Assembly: GCA_009914755.4 (NCBI GenBank) | Contig: CP068257.2 | Span: 41,280,001-41,344,000, forward strand | Length of the DNA stretch: 64,000 nt | Direction of reading: 5' to 3' | DNA from: the human T2T-CHM13v2.0 reference genome, Homo sapiens | In this document: positions 46,736-61,950 of the stretch, piece after piece | How the letters are laid out: the number at the start of each line of letters is the position of its first letter | Position numbering within the stretch: the first letter of the stretch is position 1 | Program-made: the position numbers and the translations under genes | The notes under the pieces: generated by a model | The model's database searches: none | What the model saw: only the letters and a program-made list of their open reading frames with translations | What the model was told of the DNA's origin: nothing

Positions 46736-47246
46736 TCTTTTTCTCTTTCCAGCATTGGCTTTGAAATCTTATGAAATCCAAGCGGATGGGAGCCTAAGCT
46801 AACGAGTATGTCTTGATGGTTTTAGTTCATCAGAACCCTTGCCAAGACTTTTATTTTTAAATGTACGGCTTAAAATATATCATCCTCGGCCCTGAGCCAA
46901 TGAGAGGAAGCCAAGGTAAAACACTCTCTTCTCCAGGACATATGGAAAGTCGCTGCTGCCGGAGTAAGGGAGAAATTCTAGAAAGGACGTTCTAGTGCAA
47001 CAGGCAAAGTTTCATGGCACCGACAGCTATTTTCCAGGAAAGAAGCTTTAAACTATGGAGTTTATGGAAAAAAAGAAAGGGGGGAAAAGACATTTCTGCA
47101 AACTGACCTAAGCCCTGGGAATCTGAACCTTCCTATCTGAGGAAAGGGAAGGGGGACTCCGAGGGCCTCTGCAGGACACAGGTGCAATGTTTACCTGCTG
47201 CTGTCAGTGAGGATCCTCTGCATGGAGGAGCCCTTCCTTGGCCTGA

Positions 47247-47572
<326 letters not shown>

Positions 47573-47703
47573 GTTGTCTTTCTCATGGCTTTGAGTTTCC
47601 ACCCTTCCTCCCTTTTCCTTGTGCCACTGAGCACTTTAAAAATCCTAATTGTGTCACCAGACGGGTTGCAAACTAAGGCATCTACTTGCGGGAGTCAGCC
47701 TAA

Positions 47704-48057
<354 letters not shown>

Positions 48058-48820
48058 ACAGTATTTTTAAGGTGTATTTTCCAGCATCTTTTGATGCTCT
48101 TCATACTTTTTTCAACCTTTCAGTTATTTAAGTGCATCATTCTCTTTCCACAATCTCAGCACCCTGAGGGTTTCCGCTTCTCTTCTGCCCCTTTGGTGAA
48201 TGCTCTATTTATGATTCTTCTTGTAAAACTGAACACGTTGGGTGGCTCTTCCACTCAGCCCAGCTGGAGCTACACTGCCTAGAGGCCAGGGTGATCCTGG
48301 GATGTCACAAGCGCAGTGAAGGGACCCTTATGTTACAGGAAAGGGGTCCAGATCCAGACCCCAAAAGAGGGTTCTTAGATCTCGTGCCAAAAAGAATTCA
48401 GGGCCAGTCTGTAAAGCGAAACCAAGTTTATTAAGAAAGTAAAGGAATAAGGGAATGGCTACTCCAAAGGCGGAATAGGAATACGACTAGGAAACGGCAT
48501 GCAGTGCTACTAGATAGTCAAAGTTTCAGATTTTTTAATTTATTGTTGGGATTGGGGTGTCGTTAGAAAAAAGTATGAAAAGAGACGGTTAGCAGTGCAA
48601 TTGAAGACATGTTAGGTTAATATATAATGTATGAGTCTGTGTAACGGATAGTTTTTATTCATCATAAAATTCTCAAAAGACTCACAGATGTGTGGCCCTT
48701 GCAGCTGTTCTTCCCTTGCTAACAGCGTTAGGCTCTGACTCAGAGGAGTTTTGTGCCAAAGAATTCTGGCAGCGTCTACAGTTCTTGTGAAATTCCCAGT
48801 GAGGAAATCGTTCACTGTGA

Positions 48821-49555
<735 letters not shown>

Positions 49556-49724
49556 TCTGTTTTTCTTGGCGGGGGTTGGCAGTCAGGGAGCAAATCAGAG
49601 TGGCCTATGCACAAAAGGTTGAGAACAGAACTGTGATTTGGAGAGGGAATTCTCCAGCCAGCGTGTCACAAAGCTGCTCACCTGCTCGTGTGAGTGTCTG
49701 AATGCACGTGTTTGAGTGTCAGAG

Positions 49725-49900
49725 GCGTGTGAACCACAGCAACTCAATCTTGAATAGGGGCTGGGTAAAGTGAGGCTGAGACCTCCCGGGGCTGCATTCC
49801 CAGATGGTTAAGGCATTCTAAGTCACAAGATGAGATAGGAAGTTCGCACAAGACACTGGTCATAAAGACCTTGCTGATAAAACAGGTTGCAGTAAAGAAG
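49725..49900 (+). mobile_element. LTR fragment resembling LTR12 (ERV9 LTR) U3. This is a recollection, not a computed match.
   Basis: GGGCTGGGTAAAGTGAGGCTGAGACCTCCCGGGGCTGCATTCCCAGATGGTTAAGGCATTCTAAGTCACAAGATGAGATAGGAAGTTCGCACAAGACACTGGTCATAAAGACCTTGCTGATAAAACAGGTTGCAGTAAAGAAGCCGGC. Confidence 0.4.
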
Positions 49901-49904
49901 CCGG

Positions 49905-50195
49905 CTAGGGCCGGGCGCGGTGGCTCATGCCTATAATCCCAGCACTTTGGGAGCCCAAGGCAGGCGGATCACCTGAGGTCAGGAGTTCGAGACCAGCCTG
50001 ACCAACGTGGAGAAACCCTGTCTCTACTAAAAAGTACAAAATTAGCCGGGTGTGGTGGTGCATGCCAGTAGTCCCAGCTACTCAGGAGACTGAAGCAGGA
50101 GAATTGCTTGATCCCGGGAGGCGGAGGTTGTGGTGGGCCAAGATCGCACTATTGCACTTCAGCCTGGGCAACAAGAGTGAAACTGTCTCACACAC
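49905..50195 (+). repeat. Alu SINE
   Basis: GGGCCGGGCGCGGTGGCTCATGCCTATAATCCCAGCACTTTGGGAGCCCAAGGCAGGCGGATCACCTGAGGTCAGGAGTTCGAGACCAGCC. Confidence 0.95.
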
Positions 50196-50315
50196 ACACA
50201 AAAAGTTATAGGTAGGACAATTTCCAGGTATGGTTGTTTTGCAATCAGGGCATCTCAGCGGGTCCACCAAACAGGAGGTTTGTCTCTGTGCCTGGATGGT
50301 TTCATTACTCATTCA

Positions 50316-50767
<452 letters not shown>

Positions 50768-51639
50768 TCAGTATGTTCAGCTCCCCTGTTCTTTGTTCTT
50801 CATTTTAAAATTTAATTTCCTCTTTCCCTTCGTCTCCTAGCCCCTAGTTTCAGTGAACAGTCCCCTCCTAGCCTCTATCACCTGCTCTGACCTGAGTCAT
50901 TCTGAGTCACCTGTTTTGTAACCATCCTTCCCGCCAAACTACTCACCCCGCCACTCCAGCTCGTACCCCTGCTCTCTTTAAAACAGCCAACTGGAATTAG
51001 CTTAGACGGTGCGGTCCAACCCTAGCTAATATGGGAATGACACAGCAGTAGGGGCTGCATGCATCAGGGATAAGAACCCCTTCCCTTCCCTTTTCAGATT
51101 TGCTCTCACCATTGCTCCATCCTCGAGGTGCACCCTCCTATAGAAGTAACATTGCCTTGCTGAGAAAATTAAATTTATGTTTGAGTGCTATTTCTTTGTG
51201 GCACCAAAAATTTATTTCTAACAAAAAGAAAGAAAAAACCAACACTGGTGCCATCCTAGAGTTCTGGGTAGTCATGAGCAAGTGCACACTGCGAGTCTTA
51301 CTGAAGTCACAGGGGAGGGGTGGGACACAGTGTGGGGATCTCTCCAGGGCTCTGCTCTCTGGTGCACAGGGCTCAGGGAAGGCCCGGCATTTGGCAGTTG
51401 CCCAGTGACTCGGGGAAAAGAGGGATGGACCACACTCAGAACCCTGCTTAGGGCAGCAGAAGGATGTAGGCACTGTCCCTGGTACCCAGGCAGCAGGCTG
51501 GGCATTCCTTGGTCAATGTTTGCCAGGCACATGATAACCTAAGTGTGCAGGTGATGTTCAAGCCAGGTCAGGACATGGGGAACCACCTGGCTTCTCTCCA
51601 GTGCTTGCCATGATGTCCCAAATGAAGGTGATTTTTTTT

Positions 51640-51945
51640 TCTTTTTTTTGAGACTAGGTCTCATTCTTTTGCCCAGGCTGCAGTGCAGTGTCAAGATCAC
51701 GGCTCACTGCAACCTCTGCCTCCTGGGCTCAAATGATCTGCCCACATCAGCCTCCTGAGTAGCTGGGACCACAGGCGCCCACCACCATGGCTGGCTAATT
51801 TTTTGTACTTTTAGTAAAGACGGGCTTTCACCATGTTAGCCAGGATGGTCTCGATCTCCTGACCTCGTGATCCACCTGCCTCGGCCTCCCAAAGTGCTGG
51901 GATTACAGGCCTGAGCCACTGCACCCAGCCAAGTGCTGGGAACCA
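51640..51945 (-). repeat. Alu SINE (antisense) inserted at the truncated 3' end of ERV copy B (within env TM)
   Basis: TTTTTTTTTCTTTTTTTTGAGACTAGGTCTCATTCTTTTGCCCAGGCTGCAGTGCAGTGTCAAGATC...GCCTGAGCCACTGCACCCAGCC. Confidence 0.9.
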
Positions 51946-54900
51946 TTTTCTAAACATGGCCCCAGGATCAAATCCATTCCACACTTGCATGGGCACATGT
52001 GCCAGTTTTGTCGTATCTCTAACTATGTCTTCAACTGCTTGCCCTTCATTATCTATGTGTACGCAGCAATTAGTAAGGTTAAATTTCCTACAGACCTTTC
52101 CTTCAGCTGCTAGCAAGTAGTTGAGAGCTAATCTATTTTGACATATAGCATTTCTCATCTGAGCTTCTTGCCAGGCCACAATAGTCAAGGCTCTGCTGGT
52201 TTTATTAATGTTTATTTTTAAGACAGCTTGTAACTGTATGATTCGGTTGATCATGTAAATGGGGGTCCGGTATCCCCACGAGCCGTCTTGTGCCTAAGTA
52301 GCAGGACTATAATGTTGTATGATTCTCTCAGGGGGCCATTTATCATTTTTTCAATTTCTTATGGCTACGATTCTCTTTTCGCGGGAAGAATAGACAGGGA
52401 AGCCCAGGAGTTCGCCTGTTTTTTTGGGCAGTAGGAAGAAAGATGGCTTAATAGTACCAATAACACAACTACCTGCCTACTGGTCAGGTAATTTGGCGTA
52501 AGCTCTGTGCCTACATATCCAGTATAATCCAGTGGGGGCTGTCCAGTCCTGGTGGGACTCCGGGTGGGTCCACACAGTTTGCAACTTTGGGAATTTACTA
52601 AATGGATTTCTCTCTGTGTGATTTGAACTGGAGTTCACTGGAGTCCACCAAGTGACTGTTTTTGTGGTATCATTATACAGTTTCTGTCTCCGACAACTAA
52701 GTCGTCCTCTGGGGTGAGTGAATTCTCTTCCTTCTCTAGCTATGCAATATTGTCTAATAATTGAGGCTTTTAGGACCAGAAATTATCAGGGTGATTCTTT
52801 TGAGCCGGGAATTCATCAGGAACTGGGTCTGTAGGTACTAATTCTCGGGCTTCCCATGGCCATTGATCTCTTATTACAGCTTCTCCACATACATAGCATG
52901 AAGTGACATTGAGAGACTGGGCTATATGCTCAACTAATTTCAAAAACAAATTTCTTGTTTTTCCTGAAATTTCTGGTACTGGCACATTTAGTTCATCATA
53001 GGAAGTTTGAAACACTGGCTCAGGAAAGCGTTTGTAAACTTCTCCTTGAACCAAGATATTTAGTTGAGGATCCAGTCTGGCCCAATCAATTCCTAAGGTC
53101 ATGCGCTCCTCTGTTTTTCTAGCGAGGGTCAAGGGGCTTGGTTATTACTAGCTCTAAGGGGTTACATTGTCCCTTAGTACAGGAAGGGCCATTTTTTCCT
53201 TTCTGAAGGTGGACTGGATCTTTTTCATTTTCTTTTTGTCCAAGTGGCCAAAATGACACAAGACCAGTGTTTACATTTATTTCCACACAGTGCTAATTTA
53301 TGACAGATGTATTTATTTTCTGCCATATAGCCTTTTCTAATGAAGAGAACCACAACTTATTCCTAACTTACTACTATTAATGACAGCATAGGCATCAAAT
53401 TTTAAGATGAATTGTTTGGGCACCCCTTTTTCTTCTGTTTTGGCTAACACTTCACTCGTATCATTTATGAGTCCACACCAGTCCTCAGTCCTTAATCTTA
53501 TTTTAAAAACTATGGTCATGGGAGGCTCAGATGGGTCATAACACACATCAGGTTGGTCATTTCCTGGGCTACATACTTTGTATAGAATAACATTACACGA
53601 ACAAGTTCTTTTTAGAGTTCCAGTACACTTATAATAACCATAAAATAATAGGACCATAGCAACCTTTTGTCCTACCTCAGTGACTTGATGTATACAATGG
53701 GAACTGTCCTTAGTCTGAGGAAGGTCATTTGAAGTCCTTACTGTAAAAGTCCAAATTTTAAGAAAAATGAGTCCCGCAATGGGTTTTCTCATGCTTCGGC
53801 TGTGTGTGGACCAGTCAGCTTCCAGGTGTGACTGGAGTAGGGCTTGTCGTCTTCTTCAGAGTCACTTTGCAGGGGTTGGCGAAGCTGCTCCCCTCCACGT
53901 ACTGCTCACAGTCTACTGATGTTCAAGGATGGTCTCAGAGGTTAGGCCTGCTAGAATAAACTGAGTCCAACACCTTTACACAGTTATGTTCAACTGGGCT
54001 CTCTGATACCGGGAGAAATGTGGTGGGGTTTAGGGTGTTGCAAACTTCAATGGTTATGTGGGGATTTTCAAATAGCATGATTTGGTACTTGGTTAATCTA
54101 TCATTTGTTAACCAATGATATCCTTTGGTATTTATTAAGGTTACCACAGCATGGGGGGTCTTTATATTCAGATTTTGCTTAAGGGTTAGTTTATCTGCTT
54201 CTTGTGCTAACAGGGCTGTTGCTGCCAGGGCCCTTAGACGTGGGGCCAGCCTTTGGAAACCCTGTCTAGTTGTTTTGAGAAATAGACCACTAGCCTTGAC
54301 CAGGGCCCCACAGTCTGGGTTAAAACTCCAACTGCCATTTTTTCTCTTTCTGACACATAGAATGTTGAGTTTTGTCAGGTCAGGTAGCCTCAGGGCTGGA
54401 GCTGACGTGAGTTTTCTTTTAACTCATGAAAAGCTCGTTGCTGTTGGTTGTAATAGATGTAGTTTATCCAATCTACATTTTTATTAACTGTCACCTACCA
54501 AAATATTGACTCAAATCCTGCAGCTATTTGATTTCAAGCTTTAAATTGATCTGGTATTCCTCGTGGGACTCCAATTGCGTCTAAATAGACATGAGAGTTG
54601 AAAGACCCCTAAGGAGCTTCTCTCGCTTTATGATGTCTTATTGATGAAATGCCAGGGTGAAAGGGATAGCCAACCGGACTAAAGTACAAGTGCCACTCCA
54701 GTTATTCGGCAGAGTGCCCAGTAAAGGTCCACCACAATACCACCACACATCCGCTCAGGGATGAACAAGGGCTGCCTCATTGATAAGCTCTTGAAAATTC
54801 TTATGCTTCACTGCATCCTTTCAGGTCTCCAAGGAACACGAAGTTTCCTCCCTGTCATGAGAGACACGAAGTGAACTTAGTGTTGGGAGACGGAGGTTGG

Positions 54901-55650
54901 ATGGCCCTCAGGGGCTGACCCACAGGGTGCTGGACTTTGGGATATAGCAGAGAGAGCTTGGCACGACTTATTACTCCAGGCCGTAGAATCCTGGAAAAGA
55001 GCTACCATGCAGCCCACACCTGGTCAACTGGAGGACCACCTTAGTGGAAAGGGGACAATCTGGGCCTCTGGCCTGCCATGTGCACAAGCATAACAATTGG
55101 TTTTATTTAATGTCAAATGGAATATTTGATCCATTTTAACTAGGCATTTGCATCTTGGTATCCTGTCTTAATTGATAAAGTTTGTTTTAAGTCTTTAACT
55201 TCTATGATCCTCTAGTAAAATGAATGTATGGTTTTAGGAAATTATAAAAACCGGTTGGGTCAGTCCGTCCTTGCTCTTTAGTGGTCCACAGGACGTTGGA
55301 CCAACTATGGCATGAAAGCTCTACGTCAGGGGGCAAGACTCCTAGTTGGCACTGGGGTGTTTATTGAAATCTCCCCGGATTAAATGGTCCTCGTTTACTA
55401 ATGCCCAGTCTGAGGAGAGTCAGGAGGGGCAGAGATACTTTTCTGAAGTAGAAAGCTGTCTTGGATTTGGCAAGTCCCCACAGGGTATAACAAGGCAAGA
55501 ATTAAATGCAATAGTTTGAGGTGAAATTGATTTGATTATGTTAATAACTATATGGTCAACAATAGAATGAGGAAAGAAGAAAGAGTAATAGAGTAGATGA
55601 AAAGAGTTACATTTTTCTTAGCTTTAGTTTGGTAGGGTTTTCCCCTGGGA

Positions 55651-55917
55651 CTATGGCCCCCACCTCTGGAGGGGGTGGCGCTTTCTTGACTTGGGTGTGA
55701 TGAGTCCATCTTTTTTTTTTTCTGTAAAAACAGCAGTCTTGGTGGTTAGCAGGACAAGGTAGGGTCCTTCCCAGGCGGGCTCAAGTTTTTCTTCTTTCCA
55801 CCCTTTGATGAGAACGTGATCTTCAGGCTGGTGCTGATTTACTGGAAATTCTAGCGGTGGTACATGTGCTAAAAGACTTTTAGTTTTTGAGAGAAAGGAA
55901 AGTGGAAGATAAACCAA
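55651..55917 (-). pseudogene. Integrase C-terminal-like fragment within the extra internal segment of copy B
   Basis: ...KLEPAWEGPYLVLLTTKTAVFTEKKKDGLITPKSRKRH against MLV IN ...[23 protein letters not shown]. Confidence 0.55.
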
Positions 55918-56863
55918 GTATATAATTTTTAAGAAACTGACCTTTTGTTTTAAATGTGGGGACCTTGGCAGTGGACTTTATAGTCCTTAGTGTCTTTTTA
56001 CTGAGAAATTTCCTTTAGCACCTATTTTTATTAGTTTTTAAACCAAAGAAAGCCAAATACCATTTTACATTTAACAATGCTTCTTGTATGATTTTTATAC
56101 CAGATAAGCTAAATGTTATGTTTATATTAGTGTGTTATTAATGTTAAACCTAATTTTAATAAAAGCCTGTAGACATATTTATCTAATTTTTAATGTTTGA
56201 CCGTAAGTTACGATTTTATAGACTCTTTTTAACCTTTCATAATTTTTGCTAAAGAGCAGGTTGGTGCTTTAAGAAAAACCTGTTATGCTTTTACTTTAAT
56301 GTCTAGTTCACAGAAAAACTGGATGATACTTCTTTAACTTTAGCAAATATGTTTATACACAGAATTTCCTTTACAATTAATGTTTTAAAATTTGCTTAAA
56401 CCTTCAAAACAATAAATTTTTAACTTTTTAATGTAGGTAAAAATGTACATTCTTATGCCTCCTTATAATCCTTTTACCAAAGATATATTTTACTTTTCTT
56501 ATACACCTTGCACATAAACTGTTGTTTTTTTTTTTTTTTCAATAGTTTTACATTCAGGAGGCCTAGTTACTTTTAAATTATACAACATTTTTTGCATAAA
56601 TTCTTTTTTATAACATTTTTCTCTTTCTTGACTTTTGCAGACAATTCTTCCACATGCCTCAACTTTCTGACTTATTACAAATATTTCTTTCTTTAAACAA
56701 CCAGTTAATTTATTTCAGGACAAGAATTTACCATATAATACTCTTTTTATATAAATTCCACCCGCCCCCTTTTTTTTCCTTTTTTTTTTTTTTTCCCTTA
56801 GGATACTTCTGAACTGGTGAGATGTGCTCACAATGAGGTTTCCTCTAAAAGTTATTCTTTTTC

Positions 56864-56894
<31 letters not shown>

Positions 56895-57119
56895 GTTAGC
56901 GAAGCAGTTGCCGCTACAGATTGAATGCATTTGGGCCATCCGCGGGTTATGGGGTTAAGGATTTTTGATAGGAAGGCCTCAGTGCTTTCGGGATATGCCC
57001 TTGTTTACACTGACAACAAAGTGGTATCGGACTGTTATAGGGTTACGGAGAATACCTTCAATTATCAATTATAGGTTTTAAATTTACCTTGGCTTTTAAA
57101 GAATAGGGTACACTTTTTT

Positions 57120-57360
57120 TTAACTACTTGTATATCTCTTTCTTTCTTTCTCTCTTTGACTTTGTCTCTCTCTTTCTGACTTTCCTTTTGCCTCTGTCTC
57201 TTCCTCTCTCTGCCTCTCTCTTTCTCTCTCTCTCCTTGACTCCCTCTTTGTCTGTTCCTCTCTGTCTCTTCCTCTCTCTCTTTTCCTCTCTTCCTCTCTG
57301 TCTCTTTCCTCTCTCTCTCTCTGCTGCTCTTTCCTTGCCTCTGCCATCTGCTTATGCTGC
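57120..57360. repeat. Polypyrimidine (CT-rich) tract on the + strand, ~240 bp, which is purine-rich on the ERV sense strand. It is an expanded version of the ~60-bp GA-rich tract at 41875-41935 in copy A.
   Basis: ctctttctttctttctctctttgactttgtctctctctttctgactttccttttgcctctgtctcttcctctctctgcctctctc... The RERERE-type ORFs on the track are artefacts of this. Confidence 0.9.
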
Positions 57361-58183
57361 TGTTCTCTCAACCGCTGTGTGTTGGGGGCGTGGGGTCTAA
57401 AACCAGCTGTAACCAAGTGTCTATGTACGGGAACTGGTCTGGGTGCCCTGGCTTACAGGTTACTTTGTGCCATACCTTTGAAACAAGGGACCTGTCCAGG
57501 CTTCCTTCTAATGGCCAATCTACCTCTAATGCTGGCCGGTCTATCTTACACAAAGTTTTAAGTTTTCCTAGTGTCACAGTACTCCATAGTCTCTCTTAAA
57601 TTCTTTTTTTGAAATTTTCCAACATAGTTCCTAGTAGGGTGGGCTTATTTGTGCCTGACCTATGCTTCTTTGAGACAAAATACCATGCTCACTCCACACG
57701 CACACCACAAAACAAAAAAATGGGTAAAAAGGGCACACACACAGTTTTGCAGTTTGCACCAAACAAAAATCAAAACCAAAATCAGAGTAACCAGAAATCT
57801 AAGCCAGGTCAAAACCAAAACCAAAGTATCAAGCAATCCAAGTCAAATCAAAAACAAAAACCAAAGTGCCGGTACAGGCACGCTGTGGGTGATCAGGCCA
57901 TGCTTCCACTCAAATGGAGTGGGCAAGTTCTCAAGACCAGTCCCGTCAAGCAATTCAAACCAAGTCAAAACCAAAACCAAAGTGCCTGTACAGGCACGCC
58001 GTGGGTGATCAGGCCACGCTTCCACTCAAACGGAGTGAGCAAGTTTCAAAGACCAGTCTTACCAAGTTTCAGATGTGCAGACTCCAAGTGCCTGTTCCTT
58101 CCAGGTGTTCAGCCACTGCATTGATCCTCCACGGGGGCCTGCCACACACTGCTCTGGGGGGCGTCCCACCGGGACAAATGCCT

Positions 58184-61100
58184 CATATTCGTTATATCCT
58201 CAGGGGATGTTACTTCTAATGTCACACGAGGTGTTCTCCCTGTGTTCTATTTCATAATATCCTAGGGCAATTTTACTTTTAATGACACCAGGTTGTACAC
58301 ATTGTGACATTATTCATGATATTCTAGAAAGATGTTGCTCCTAATGTCACAGGGGTGTAAACCCTGTGATAGTATTCATAATTTCCCAGGGGTCTGTACT
58401 CCTAATGTCACAGAAGATAACACTCTGTGACATTATTCATAATATTCTAGTGAGATGATACTCCTAATGTCACAGGGGGTGTACACCCTGTGCTATTATT
58501 CTTACTATTCTAGGGGGATGTTATTCTTATTGTCACAGGTGTGTTCCTTCTGTGATATTATTGAAAATATGCTAGCAGGATATTACTACTAATGTCACAA
58601 TACATCTTGTGATATTATTAGTAATATTCTGGGGGGATGTTACCCCTAATGTTACAGGGGTGTACACCGTGTGATATTGTTCCCAATATTGTAGGGGGAT
58701 GTTACTCCTAATGTCACAGGGGGTGTACACCCTTAGATATTATTTGTAATCTTATAGAGAGATATTATTTGTAATATCTTAGAGAGATATAACTCCTAAT
58801 ATCCCAGTGGGTGTACCCCATGTGTGTACACCCTGTGATATTATTTGTAATATCCATGGTAAACATTACTTCTAGTATCCCACAGAGGGTACACCCTGTG
58901 ATATTTTTCATAATATCGTAGGGAGATATTGCTTCTAATAACACAGTGGGTGTACACCATGTGTGTACACTCTGTGATGTGATAGCTTATATCCTAGGGA
59001 GATATTCCTTCTAATATCCCAGTGAGTGGACACCCTGTGATATCATTCGTAATCTCCTAGGTAGATGCTGCTGCTAATATCACAGAGGGTGTGCCCCCAG
59101 TGACATTATTCATAATATCCTAGGGAGATGTTACTCCTAATGTCACAGGGGGAGTGCGCCCTGTTATATTATTCATAATCTTCTATGGGGGGGTTACTTT
59201 TAAAGTCACAGGGGTGTACACCCTGTGATGTTATTCGTAATATCCTAGGAAGAGGTTACTCCTAATATCACATGGGTTATCCTAGGAAGAGGTTACTCCC
59301 AATATCACACTCCTAATATCACACCCTGTGATAGCATTCGGAATATCCAAAAGGGACGTTACTTTTAATGTCACATGGGGTGTACACTTTTTGAGATTAT
59401 TCATAAGATCCTAGGGACATACTACTTCAAATATCACATGGGTGTACACACATGGTGTACACATTATGTGTGAACACCTACTGTGATATTACTCATAATA
59501 TCCTAGGAAAATGGGACTCCTAATATCACAGTGAGTGTACATACTGTGATATCATTTGTAATATCCTAGGGGAATATTACTCCTAAACCAAAGGCGTGTG
59601 TACCCTCATGATAGTATTCATAATACTCTAGGGAGATGTTACTCCTAATGTCATATCACAGGGGTGCACACCCTGTGATAGTCACAGTATATGAGAGGGA
59701 TATTAGCACTGAAGTCACAATGTGTGTACACCTTGTGATATTATTCATAATATCCTACGGGGATGTTACTCCTATTGTCACAGGGGGTGTGTTCGCTGCG
59801 ATAGTATTCATAGTCTCCTAGACGGATGTTACACCTAATGTCACAGGGTGTGTACATCTTGTTATATTATTCGCGATATCCTAAAAAGACATTACTCCTC
59901 ATGTCACAGGGGCTGTATACCCTGTGATATTATTCGTAATATCCTAGTAAGATATTACTTTTAATGTCACAGAGGGTGTACACCTTTTGAAATTATTTGT
60001 CACAGTTTCGTGGGCTGTTACTCCTAATGTCACACGGGGTGCACACTGAATGATATTACTTGTAATATTCTATAGAACTCTTACTCATAAATCACAGGTG
60101 TTCTACACCTTGTAATGTTATTGGTCATATTCTAGGGGACTGTTCCATCAATTAATGTCACCCGGGGTGTACACCTTGTGATATTATTCGTAATATCCTA
60201 GCAGGATGTTACTACTAATGTCACAATACGTGTATACCCTCTGATATTATTCATTATATCCTCACGGATTATTACTCCTATGTCACACGGGGTGTACTCC
60301 CTGTGATATTATTCGGAATATCTTAGGGGGATTTTGCTTTTAATGTCACAGGGGGTGTACACATTGTGATATTACTCGTGATGTTCTAGAAAGATGTTAC
60401 TCCTAATGTCACAGGGGGTGTACACCCTGTGATATTACACAGGCTAACCCCCTGTGACATTATTCGTAATATTTTAGCAGGATGATACTCCTAAAGTCAC
60501 AGGAGGTGTACGCCCAGTGATATTATTCAGAATATTCCAGGGGGATGTTACTCCTAATGTCACAGGTGTGTATACCCTGTGATATTATTCACAATATACT
60601 AGCGGGATATGACTACTAATGTCACCATGTGTGTACACCTTCTGATATTATTCATAATATCCTGGGAGGATGTTACTCCTAACATCACAGGGGTGTACAC
60701 CCTGTGTTATTATTAGTAATATTCTAAGGGGATTTAACTTTTAAAATCACAGGGGGTGTCAACCCTGGGATCTTATTCGTAATATCCTAGGAAGATGTTA
60801 CTCTTAATGTCACATGGGGTATACAGCCTGGGTTATTATTTGGAATATCCTAAAGGGATGTTATCTTAATGTCATGGGGTGTGTACACTCCTTGATATTA
60901 TTCATAATATCCTAAGGAGGTATTACTTTAAAAATCACAGTGGGTGTGCACACGTGGTGTACATCCGTGATATTATTCACAATATCTGACTGAGGTATGA
61001 CTTTTAATATCACAGTGGGTGTACACCCTGTGATATTATTTGTAATACCCTAGGGAGATGCGATTCCTAATGTTACAGTGGGTGTACACTCTGTGATATT

Positions 61101-61950
61101 ATATGTAATGTCCTAGGAAGATATTACTCCTAATACCAAAGTGGGTGTACACCATGTGTGTACACTCTGTGATATAATCCGTAATATCCCAGAGAGATAT
61201 TTCTCCTAATATCACAGTGGTTGTACACTCTGTGATATTATTCGTAATATCCTAGAGAGATATTGTTCCCAATTTCACAGTGGGTGTTCACCCTGTGATA
61301 TTATTCATAATATCCTAGAGAGATATTATTCCTAGTATTACAGCGTGTGTACACCATGGGTGAACACCCTGTGATGTTATTCATAATATCCTAGGGGGAT
61401 ATTACCCTTAATATCACAGTGGGTGTACACCATGTGTTTCTATTTTGTGATGCTATTCATATGTTAGAAAGTTATTAGTCCTAGTGCCACAGTGGGAGTA
61501 TACCATGTGTGTACCCTCTGTGATGTTATTTGTAATATCCTAGGGAGATAGTTCTCATAACATCACCATGGGTGTACATCATGTATGTACACCCTGTGCT
61601 GTTATTGGTTATGTCCTGGGTAGATATTACTCCTAATATCACCATGGGTGCACACCATGGGTGTACATTCTGTGATGTTATTCGTAATATCCTAGGGAAA
61701 TATCACTCCTTATGTCATAGTGGGTGTACAGCCTGTGATATTATTGGTAATGTCCTTGGGATGTATTTCTCTTGTTATCGCAGTGGGTGTACACCCTGTA
61801 ATAGTATTTGTAATATCCTAGGGAGATATTACTGTATACCCTGTGATATTGTTTGTGACATTTTAGGTAGCTGTTTCTCCTAAAGTCAGAGTGGGTGTAC
61901 ACCCTGTAATATTCTTCCTAATATCACAGTGGGTGTACACCATGTGTGGT
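58184..61950 (+). repeat. Tandem satellite array, subfamily 1. There are about 60 head-to-tail units of 61-63 bp. Consensus is approximately TGTCACAGGGGGTGTACACCCTGTGATATTATTCGTAATATCCTAGGGGGATGTTACTCCTAA. Some stretches have a doubled core (GTGTACACCATGTGTGTACAC).
   Basis: Regular periodicity, for example GTCACA at 60345, 60408, 60496, 60559 and 60621. Every unit contains the palindrome GGTGTACACC flanked by the inverted arms TGTCACAGGG / CCCTGTGATA. Possibly the RepBase SATR1/SATR2-type satellite. That is recollection only. Confidence 0.9.

Larger units (their letters stand above)
51800..58183 (-). mobile_element. ERV copy B. This is an inverted (minus-strand) paralog of provirus A with identical internal deletion junctions. 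It lacks both LTRs and carries an extra ~2.4-kb AT-rich internal segment (54400-56820) that includes an integrase C-terminal-like ORF. Its 5' leader is truncated ~90 bp before the PBS position, where the satellite array begins.
   Basis: Minus-strand ORFs are collinear with A. These are env TM 51811-52254, env SU 52770-53792, RT connection 53935-54147, RNase H start fused to env at ~53800-53930, gag MA 57368-57577 (TLCKIDRPALEVDWPLEGSLDRSLVSKVWHKVTCKPGHPDQFPYIDTWLQLV) and leader repeats 57600-58183. B matches the reverse complement of A's leader up to ...CAAATGCCT (58183) and then diverges. Confidence 0.8.

Noticed and set aside
57120-57416. Arg/Glu-repeat ORF (RERERER...) on the minus strand
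   Set aside because: It is a translation of the (GA)n-rich purine tract and is low complexity, not a gene.
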